Below are positions 56,613 through 64,000 of a stretch of DNA of 64,000 nucleotides, in pieces. Both the position numbers and the translations under genes were made by a program. Below the pieces are notes generated by a model. The model saw only the letters and a list, made by a program, of their open reading frames with translations, made no database searches and had not been told where the DNA came from. Position 1 is the first letter of the stretch; each line of letters begins with the position of its first letter. Source of the DNA: Anaeromyxobacteraceae bacterium (GTDB lineage Bacteria; Myxococcota; Myxococcia; Myxococcales; Anaeromyxobacteraceae); NCBI GenBank assembly GCA_047602405.1, contig JASGHJ010000002.1, forward strand, positions 544,001-608,000, read 5' to 3'.

Positions 56613-59600
56613 TCACTGGCAGGTGAGCGCGAGCGTGCCCGCGGCGGCGCCGGAGCAGCACCGCTGGGCGGTGGTGGTGGAGGTGCCGACCGGGAGGCAC
56701 TCCAGCCGGTAGCGCACCTTCGCCTCGAGGTAGCGGGAGGTGATGGAGGTGTAGCCCGCGAGGTTCCCGTTCGTGCCCTCCGGCGAGACGGCGAGCGAGA
56801 GCACGCGCCGGTCCCCGCCGAAGAGCCGCCGGACCCGCACCGAGCGGGTCGCGAGGTCGTACTGGTTCCAGGCCGGATCGTCGTCGGAGCTCCACAGGAG
56901 CGCCGGCCCCGGCGCGGTGGGCGTGAGGGGCTCCCACCGGTCGCCGTTGCGCACCCAGAGCCGGGCAGCCTGCGTGGCGCCGTTCGCGCCGACGCGAGAG
57001 AGCCCCGCGCTCGCGTCCCAGATCACGGTCGCGCCCCAGAACTTCGCCGGTCCGGTGCCAGCGGCGCCGAAGTTCGCGTGGAACACGTGGGCGGGGCGCC
57101 GGTCCGCGGCGCCGTCGACCACCCAGGTGTCGCCGGAGGCGGAGGCCTGCGTGCCCGCGTTGCCGCCGAACAGCACGCCCTCCCCGCGGGCCGACAGGTA
57201 GGCCCCGGCGGCGAGCGTCCGCGGGGTCGGGCGCGCGAACGGGAAGAGCGGGTACCAGGTCACCCCGTCGAACTCCCAGACGTCGTCGAGGAGGGAGCCG
57301 CCGAACACGAGGACGCGGCCGCGCTTCTCGTCGCACCACATGACGTGGTCGCGCCGCTGGGCCGGCGCCCGCGGCGTCGTCATCCAGGACCAGGCGGCGC
57401 CATCCCAGATCCAGGTGTCGCCGGTGTCGCCGCCGAAGAGCACCGTCCCGCCCGCGATCGGGCAGTGGGCCATCCGGTGGCCCGAGCCCGTGGGCGGGAG
57501 CGTGGCGAGCGGGTGCGGCGTCCAGAGGACGCCCGGCCCTGTCCAGCCCGGATTGGAGGCGACCCACTTCCCGGTCCAGGTCGCCACGCCGTCGTCGGTC
57601 CCCCTGAAGTAGACGGCCTCCTGGTGCGTGGTGTCCCAGACCATCGCCTGGTCGTCCGCGCCGTTGCCGGTGGGCTCGGCGTACGCGAAGGGGTCGGCCG
57701 CGTCGACGATGCTCCAGCCGGGATCGGTCGTGAGCCGGGATTGCGTCGTGACGCTGCCCGGGGTGGGGTAGCTCGCGCCCGTGCCCTGGATGACGCCGCC
57801 GACCTGCACGAGGCGCCCCGCGCCGAGCCACGCCAGCGTGCCGCGCATGAGCCCGCTGTCGCCGATCGCGGCCGTCGTCGGGACCTGCGTCCACCGGACG
57901 CCGTCCCACGCCCACTCGTCCATGAGCGGGTAGTTCGTGGAGGTGCCGAGCCCGTCGAAGAGCCAGGCGCGGCCCTGGTCCCGCACGTCGGTCATCGCGT
58001 GGCCCGAGCGCGCCGGGGGCGACACGCCCGGCGCGAACGCGAGGGCGAACCCGTCCTCGAGCCGGCTCGTCTCGGCGGTGGCGGGCTGGAACGTGGTGCA
58101 GGGCGAGGGGCCAATCCCGGTGCACCCGCCGAACCGGACGAGCCCGCCGTGCTCGAGGTCGGAGGCCCCGCAGGCCTGCTGGACGAGCGACACCGTCGGC
58201 GTGGCGGGCGCGGTGCGCGCGACCCAGGCCGCGCCGGTCCACCCGCGCAGGAGGTTGTTCCGGACGTCGTAGGCGAGGTACGTGCGGGTCTTCACGTCCC
58301 ACCAGAGCGCCCACTCGGCCGTCTTCGAGGCGGGGTCCACGCCGGCGACGAACGGGAACCCGCCCGCGAGCGTCCACGCGCTGCCGTTCCAGGTGTAGGT
58401 GCCCGCGTCGGCGACGGCGAGCGGCGCGCCGCCGTCGTCGCGCGTGGCGAGGAGCGAGGCCGTCACCGCGACGAGCGGCTGGGCCTGGGCGATCGGCCGC
58501 CAGTCGGCGCCATCCCAGTACTGGGTGCCGTTCGCCACCACCACCGCGGCGCGGGTCGCGTCCCAGAACAGGCCGGTGGTGAAGTTCGGGAGCAGCGTGC
58601 ACGAGCACTGGGTGGCGGAGCAGCCCGACCAGCAGACCTTCTTCCAGTTCTCGCCGTCGAGCTCCCAGGTCTCCGCGCTGCCGGTGACGAGCACGGTCCG
58701 GCCGCGGACCGGGTCGTGCGCCATCTTCGGGGAGGCATCGGCCACGGGGTGGGCCGGCGGGAACAGCTGCCGCCAGCGCCGGCCGTCCCACTCCCAGGTG
58801 TCGGAGAGCGGCACGTCCTGGGTGGAGCCGTTGTTCGCCGGGGTGGGGGTGTAGCCGCCGAACAGCACGGTGCGGCCGGTGTCGAGGTCGTGGGCCATCG
58901 CGCAGGAGGCGCGCGCCGAGGGGGAGAGCGGGCCCGGCGTCGCCTCCACCATCGACGGCGCGCCGGCGGTCGCGACCGACCCGGAGTTGCGCCGCCCGAG
59001 CGTGGCCTCGTTCGCCACCTCGACCTGCGTGGGCGAGAAGCGGCTCGGGCCCCACACCGCGTCGGCGGTGAGGACGTGCGGGTTCGCGTCCACGCTGCCG
59101 AGCTGCTTGAAGCCGGTGGTGGCGGTCCACTCGCCCTCCCAGACGAGGGCGCGCGGGCTCGAGTTCCCGGCGAGGTCCTCCTGGGCGACGAACACCTCGG
59201 GGAGGTTGCCGCTCGACACGGCGAACGGCGCGGGGTCGCCGAACCCGCCGGTCGCGCCGGCGGTGGTACGGCCGATCTGCGCGCCGGTCGGGCCGTCGCC
59301 GTCGTAGACGACCACCGCGTTCCCGGCCACCGCCGCGCCCGGGCCGCCCTGGACGTGGTACGCCTTCGCGCCGGAGGTCCCGTCCACGCCCCACGGGTAC
59401 CGGGCGTAGGTGATCTTGCCGATCGTGAGCGTGTCGGGCGCGGGCGGCGCGGTCGTGTCCACCCGCAGCGTCCCGAGCGCGAGCGTGGCGGGGTTGCCCA
59501 CCGCGTCGGTCACCTGGGCGAGGACCTGCCGTGCGCCCGCGGCCGGCGTCGCCGCGAGGAGCGCCGCGTACTGCGGCGGCGCGAGCGCGGTGTCGGTGAC

Positions 59601-61241
59601 GAAGGCGCTCGCCCCGCCGTCCACCCCCACCGCGGGCGCCGCGGAGAGCGGCTCGTCCACCGCGAAGGTGACGCGCACCGGCCCGCTCGCGGTCGCGCCG
59701 GTGAAGGTGCAGCCGTAGGCCTCGCGCGCCTTCGTCCAGAGGTCGTCCTGCGCGAGGCGGGCCGGGCCGTAGGCGTCGCAGCGCTCGAGGAGCGCCTGGC
59801 CCGCGAGCCTCGGCGGCTGGAAGTCCCGCGTGAGGAAGGTGTTCACGAGCGCCCGGTTGCCCGCGGGGTCGGTCGCCTGCACGTACACGCCGGCGGTCTC
59901 GACGCGGGGCTGCGCGCCGGCGGCGTCGTCGGTGATCTGGAACGTGCACGCGCGCTGGAGGCCCGACGCCGTGCAGGCGCTGGCGGGCAGCGCGGCGGTG
60001 CCGATCGTGACGACCACCTCGGCGGGCTCCGAGAGGGTGAAGGTCAGCTTCGCGGCGTCGTGGCCCGGCCGTGCGCTGAAGGTGGCGGCCGGGGCGGCGC
60101 AGGGCGCGGTCGTCGCGTCGTCGGCGCAGAGGGTCAGCGCGGTGACGGCGGGCGGCCCGAAGTCGAGCGCGACGGACGGGCCGGCGACGGTCTGCGCGTT
60201 GCCCGCGAGGTCGGTGAGCTCGAAGGAGAGCGCCTTCGCGCCCTCGCCGTCGGCGGCCGCGGCGAGGTGACCGTAGGTGTACGTGCGGCCGGACTGGGCG
60301 CCCTTGTCCATCGCGATCCCGCCCAGCTTCACGACGGGATCGGCCCCCAGGTCCTCGCTGGCCGTGAACGAGACGCGCACGAGCGTCCCCGCCGCGGCTG
60401 CGGCGGGCGGGGCGGGTGTCACCGCCGGCGCCGCGGCGAGCGCGGGCGCCGTCCGGTCGAACACCGCGCGCGGCGGGAGCGTCAGCGCGGCGACGTTGCC
60501 GCCCGCGTCCACGAGCTCCGCCGTGATCGGGAGGCCGCCCGGGTCCTCGGCCTCGAGGCCGGTCGCGGCGTAGGTGAAGGCGTAGGCCCGGCCGCTCGAG
60601 GCGGCGGGGTCCTTCGCCATCGGCACGCCGTCGATCTTCACCGCGGGCTCGGCGGCGAGCTCCTCGCTCGAGGTGAAGGTGACCCGCACCGTGCCGGGGA
60701 AGCGCGTGGGGGAGCCGGTGAGGGTGGGGGCGAGCGCGGCGGGCGCGGCGAAGTCGAAGCGCACCTGGCCGAGCGCGCGGCCCGTCGAGACGAGCCCCTG
60801 CACGTCCTGGAGGTCGGTGGTGACGGGGAAGTCCTGCCCCTGCGGCTCGTCGCCCTGCGGCGCGTAGCGGTAGACGTAGGTGCTGCCGCTCGAGGCGGTG
60901 GCGTCCTTCTGGAACAGCCGGGGCGGGGTGAGCCCGAGCCGGACCACCGGGTCCTTCCCGAGCGCCTTCGTGGCGGTGAACTCCACCCGGACGTCCGCGC
61001 CCTCCCGCGCGGTCGACGGCGCGAGCGTCTTCGCGCCGACGTCGGGGGTCGCGGAGAGCTGGTCGGAGGGGATGCAGACCGGGGGCGAGACGGTCGTCAC
61101 GCAGGTGAACCCGGCCGGGCAGGCGCTGGCGTCGCAGGTGAGCTTGATGCCCGGGGGGACCGGGAGCTCGGAGGAGCAGGCGGCGAGCAGCAGGGCCGCG
61201 GCGGCCGTGGCGCGGCCGGGGTGGCGCACGGGCATCTTCAC
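56613..61241 (-). CDS. Large surface lipoprotein: Cys-rich N-terminus, about 5 Ig-like repeats, kelch-like propeller, Cys-rich tail
   Basis: Lipobox LAAC; repeats VRVxFTxSExL..P.V...Y.Y...D.AGN; repeats LFGG...DTWEWDG. Confidence 0.8.
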   Translation of the reverse strand: MKMPVRHPGRATAAAALLLAACSSELPVPPGIKLTCDASACPAGFTCVTTVSPPVCIPSDQLSATPDVGAKTLAPSTAREGADVRVEFTATKALGKDPVVRLGLTPPRLFQKDATASSGSTYVYRYAPQGDEPQGQDFPVTTDLQDVQGLVSTGRALGQVRFDFAAPAALAPTLTGSPTRFPGTVRVTFTSSEELAAEPAVKIDGVPMAKDPAASSGRAYAFTYAATGLEAEDPGGLPITAELVDAGGNVAALTLPPRAVFDRTAPALAAAPAVTPAPPAAAAAGTLVRVSFTASEDLGADPVVKLGGIAMDKGAQSGRTYTYGHLAAAADGEGAKALSFELTDLAGNAQTVAGPSVALDFGPPAVTALTLCADDATTAPCAAPAATFSARPGHDAAKLTFTLSEPAEVVVTIGTAALPASACTASGLQRACTFQITDDAAGAQPRVETAGVYVQATDPAGNRALVNTFLTRDFQPPRLAGQALLERCDAYGPARLAQDDLWTKAREAYGCTFTGATASGPVRVTFAVDEPLSAAPAVGVDGGASAFVTDTALAPPQYAALLAATPAAGARQVLAQVTDAVGNPATLALGTLRVDTTAPPAPDTLTIGKITYARYPWGVDGTSGAKAYHVQGGPGAAVAGNAVVVYDGDGPTGAQIGRTTAGATGGFGDPAPFAVSSGNLPEVFVAQEDLAGNSSPRALVWEGEWTATTGFKQLGSVDANPHVLTADAVWGPSRFSPTQVEVANEATLGRRNSGSVATAGAPSMVEATPGPLSPSARASCAMAHDLDTGRTVLFGGYTPTPANNGSTQDVPLSDTWEWDGRRWRQLFPPAHPVADASPKMAHDPVRGRTVLVTGSAETWELDGENWKKVCWSGCSATQCSCTLLPNFTTGLFWDATRAAVVVANGTQYWDGADWRPIAQAQPLVAVTASLLATRDDGGAPLAVADAGTYTWNGSAWTLAGGFPFVAGVDPASKTAEWALWWDVKTRTYLAYDVRNNLLRGWTGAAWVARTAPATPTVSLVQQACGASDLEHGGLVRFGGCTGIGPSPCTTFQPATAETSRLEDGFALAFAPGVSPPARSGHAMTDVRDQGRAWLFDGLGTSTNYPLMDEWAWDGVRWTQVPTTAAIGDSGLMRGTLAWLGAGRLVQVGGVIQGTGASYPTPGSVTTQSRLTTDPGWSIVDAADPFAYAEPTGNGADDQAMVWDTTHQEAVYFRGTDDGVATWTGKWVASNPGWTGPGVLWTPHPLATLPPTGSGHRMAHCPIAGGTVLFGGDTGDTWIWDGAAWSWMTTPRAPAQRRDHVMWCDEKRGRVLVFGGSLLDDVWEFDGVTWYPLFPFARPTPRTLAAGAYLSARGEGVLFGGNAGTQASASGDTWVVDGAADRRPAHVFHANFGAAGTGPAKFWGATVIWDASAGLSRVGANGATQAARLWVRNGDRWEPLTPTAPGPALLWSSDDDPAWNQYDLATRSVRVRRLFGGDRRVLSLAVSPEGTNGNLAGYTSITSRYLEAKVRYRLECLPVGTSTTTAQRCCSGAAAGTLALTCQ

Positions 61242-61420
61242 CTCGGGTGACGCAGGTAAGGGTCACTCCTACCTGCCGCCCGCTGGACGCTCCGTCAACG
61301 CGATCCCGGTCCCCAGGTGGGGGGCGCGCGCCGCACCTGTCCCGTCCCGTGCGCCCCGATCGGCGGGCCTCGCGGCGTGCCCCGCCCTCGCGAACGGATG
61401 ACGCACCGCCGCCTTCTGGC

Positions 61421-63334
61421 TCAGTGCGTGGTCACCGGGTGTGGTGCGCCGTCGCCGCAGGCGGCCGCGAAGACCGCCTCGACGAGCGCGGCGCCCTCGG
61501 GTGAGTCCTCGCCCAGCACGACGGTGGCGCGCGCGAGGTCGGGCGAGCGGGTGACGAGCGCCTCCAGGATCGCCTCGGCCCCCACCTCGCGCAGGTCGGC
61601 GTGGACGACCGCGGCGTCGAACCGCTCGCCGGCCGCCAGCAGGGTGAGCGCGTGGCGCGGGCTCGTGTGCGGGACCACGTCGAAGCGCTCGGCGAGGAGC
61701 CGGTAGAGCGCCGCGAGGGCGAGCGGGTCCTCGTGCAGCGCGAGCACCCGCGCCCGCCGCCGCAGCGGCTCGGCGCGGAGCGCGACCCGGGCGTCGGGCG
61801 TGGCGGAGCGCAGCCGCACGCGGAACACCGTGCCCGTGCCGGGCGCGCTCTCGACCGAGATGCTCCCGCCCACGCTCTCCACGATCCCGTAGCAGGCCGC
61901 GAGGCCGACGCCGACGCCGCGCCCGCCCCGCCCCGCGGTGAACCCGGCGGTCGGCGTGAAGAACGGGTCGAAGGCGTGCGGCAGCACCTCCGGCGGGATG
62001 GGCGTGCCCCGGTCCAGGACCTCGAGCTCCACGCCGAGCTCGTCGCGCCGCACGGACACCCGCACGAGCGCACCGTCGGCGGGTGGCGGCTCCGGGTACG
62101 AGGCGAACGCGTCGAGGACGAGCCGCCCGAAGACGTGCCCGAGCGCCGAGGCGCTGCCGCGCACCGGCAGCGGCCCGGGCGGCAGGTTTACCTCGAGGCG
62201 GGCGTGCGCGTGCAGCTCCGGCGCCACCAGGCGGCGCACCGCCTCGAGCACGAGCGCGAGGTCGGAGGGGCCCTGGTCGTCGCCGGGCTCGCGGGAGAAC
62301 GCGGCGAGGTCCTTCACGATCTGCGTCATGCGGCGGGTGGCCGCCGCCGCCTCGATCACCGCGTCGCGCACCTCTCCGTCGCGGGTGGCGGGGGCGCCGG
62401 AGCCGACCTCGTCGCGGAGGAAGTCGAGGTTCGCCTGGACGATGGCGAGGGGGTTGTTGATCTCGTGGGTGAGCCCCCGGGACAGCCGCCCCACCGCGGC
62501 CAGGCGGTCGGACGCGCCCAGCCGGCTGCGCGTCGTCTCGAGCTCGACGAGGCGCTGGGCGAGCTCGGCGCGCGAGGTCTCGAGCGCGGCGGTGCGATCG
62601 GCCACCACCGCCTCGAGCCGCTCGCGGGTGACCACCGTGCTCCTCAGGCGCGCGGCCATGGCGTCCATCGCCCGGGCGAGCTGGCCGACCTCGTCGCGCT
62701 CGGAGATCGCGATCGGCACGTCGAGCTCGCCGCGCTCGATCCGGGCCGCGCCGTCGTGGAGCGCGGAGAGGCCCCGGCGCAGCCGGGCGAGGAAGAGCGT
62801 GGCGCCGACCGCCAGCAGGAGCGCGCTGCCGCCGGCGGCGGTGAACGCGACGGCCCGGAGCGTGCTCGCGTGCCGCGACTCGTCCGCGGCGGCGGCGACC
62901 TCGTGCTTGTACACGTCGAGGTAGACCGCGGCGGTGAGCCGGCCGACGCGGACCTGGATCCGGTCGACCCACGCCGTGAACGCGGTGCCGCGGCCCGCGC
63001 CGAGGGGGTGCGCGCGGAGGTCCTGGACGAGCTCGAGGAGCGAGGCGACGTCGTCGCTCGGCTGGTCGAGCACCGCCTGCACCCGGCCGAGCGCGCTCCA
63101 CATGCGCGCGTACGCGGCGGGCTCCTCCGGGGCGGGCTCGCTCTCCAGGTCGGCGATGAGCGCGCTCGAGGCGGCGGCGAGCTCGAGCGCGGCCCGCGAC
63201 CGCGAGAGGGCGATCTCCTGCTCGGCGTGGGCCACGCCGCCCCGGAGCGCGCTCCAGAGCAGCACGCCCGAGAGCGCCGCGACGACGGCGGCGATGAGCA
63301 GCGTCCCGCCGACGATCTTGGTGCGGATCAGCAC
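61421..63334 (-). CDS. HAMP histidine kinase with degenerate C-terminal receiver
   Basis: 2 TM, DEVGQLA HAMP, THEINNPL, FDPFFT, GVGL; receiver-like tail lacking the phosphoacceptor Asp. Confidence 0.85.
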   Translation of the reverse strand: MLIRTKIVGGTLLIAAVVAALSGVLLWSALRGGVAHAEQEIALSRSRAALELAAASSALIADLESEPAPEEPAAYARMWSALGRVQAVLDQPSDDVASLLELVQDLRAHPLGAGRGTAFTAWVDRIQVRVGRLTAAVYLDVYKHEVAAAADESRHASTLRAVAFTAAGGSALLLAVGATLFLARLRRGLSALHDGAARIERGELDVPIAISERDEVGQLARAMDAMAARLRSTVVTRERLEAVVADRTAALETSRAELAQRLVELETTRSRLGASDRLAAVGRLSRGLTHEINNPLAIVQANLDFLRDEVGSGAPATRDGEVRDAVIEAAAATRRMTQIVKDLAAFSREPGDDQGPSDLALVLEAVRRLVAPELHAHARLEVNLPPGPLPVRGSASALGHVFGRLVLDAFASYPEPPPADGALVRVSVRRDELGVELEVLDRGTPIPPEVLPHAFDPFFTPTAGFTAGRGGRGVGVGLAACYGIVESVGGSISVESAPGTGTVFRVRLRSATPDARVALRAEPLRRRARVLALHEDPLALAALYRLLAERFDVVPHTSPRHALTLLAAGERFDAAVVHADLREVGAEAILEALVTRSPDLARATVVLGEDSPEGAALVEAVFAAACGDGAPHPVTTH

Positions 63335-64000
63335 GGCCGCACCACCCTGGCGGCCCGCGCCTCCGCGAGCCCGGCGTCGGGGGCCCGCGGCCCGCGGCCC
63401 CGATCCGCGTCGAGGTCCGCGAGCGCCGCGGCGAGGAAGGCGTCGGCGTCGGCGAAGGCGGCCTCCTCGCGGAGCTCCGCCACCCCGAGCGCGAGGTCGA
63501 GGCCGGCTTCGCCGGCGAGCGCCAGCACCCGGTCCGCGACCGAGGGCAGGGCGCCCTCGCCCGGGTCGAAGACCACGGCGAGGACGAGGGTGTCCCAGGG
63601 CCCGACCACGTCGGTCCGCCGGAGCGCGCCGCGCAGGAGCCCGGAGACCTCGCCGGCGCCGGTGGCGCCGCGCGGCCGGGCGACGAGCAGGCCGAGCGGG
63701 TGGCCGTGGGCCTGGGCGTAGTCGAAGGCCTCGCGCGCGGTCCGGGCGCCGTCCGGCGTGGTCAGCGCGCCGGGGGCGACGTCCTCGACGGCGCCGCGCG
63801 CGGCGCGGGCGGCGCGGGCGCGCTTCAGGATGGCGCCGGCGAGCTCGGGGCCGCCGAGGTCCACCTCGAAGTCGGCGGCGGCGACCGGCACCGCGAGCGC
63901 CATGCGGGCGAGCGCGGCGCGCACCATCGGCGCGGTCGCGCCGAACCGGCGCTCCGCGTCCGCGACGGCGGACTCGAGGCGGCCGGGGCTGGGCGGGCCG
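63328..64000 (-). CDS. Protein with degenerate GGDEF-like domain, 5'-truncated by window edge
   Basis: HPLGLLV...LRRTDVVG...LALGVAE...FLAAA; GGDEF motif replaced by PWDTL; frame open to the window end. Confidence 0.55.
   Translation of the reverse strand, partial: GPPSPGRLESAVADAERRFGATAPMVRAALARMALAVPVAAADFEVDLGGPELAGAILKRARAARAARGAVEDVAPGALTTPDGARTAREAFDYAQAHGHPLGLLVARPRGATGAGEVSGLLRGALRRTDVVGPWDTLVLAVVFDPGEGALPSVADRVLALAGEAGLDLALGVAELREEAAFADADAFLAAALADLDADRGRGPRAPDAGLAEARAARVVRPC

Noticed and set aside
1..64000. CRISPR arrays, tRNA/rRNA genes, prophage and known defence genes
   Set aside because: No regularly spaced repeats, cloverleafs, or phage/defence motifs recognised by eye.

Overview
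Very GC-rich bacterial DNA whose gene families point to Myxococcota, probably Anaeromyxobacter-like (inference). Positions 1-30.8 kb hold a large Wzx/Wzy-dependent exopolysaccharide locus. It encodes nucleotide-sugar enzymes (RfbF, RmlC-like, Ugd, a UXS-like decarboxylase, WecB), glycosyltransferases, a flippase, a Wzy-like polymerase, a priming phosphotransferase, an acyltransferase, an AsnB-like amidotransferase and a GH9 hydrolase, plus two paralogous co-polymerase/BY-pseudokinase pairs. Positions 31-64 kb are mixed: a PadR-HlyD-ABC exporter operon, rsgA, a RAYT-type HUH/Y1 transposase between G-tract inverted repeats, a Ser/Thr kinase, ybgA plus class II photolyase, a GH128 lipoprotein, a protease, degenerate sensor kinases and a 1,540-aa Ig/kelch surface lipoprotein. 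Two signals run across the window. (1) Ten +1 frameshifts interrupt nine otherwise intact genes; eight convert GATC to GAATC/GATTC, suggesting a GATC DNA modification disturbing long-read base-calling. (2) Nine genes have a TAnnnT box 6-7 nt before the start codon and no Shine-Dalgarno, suggesting leaderless mRNAs. No rRNA, tRNA or CRISPR array was seen. All calls come from motif recognition by eye; no database searches were run.
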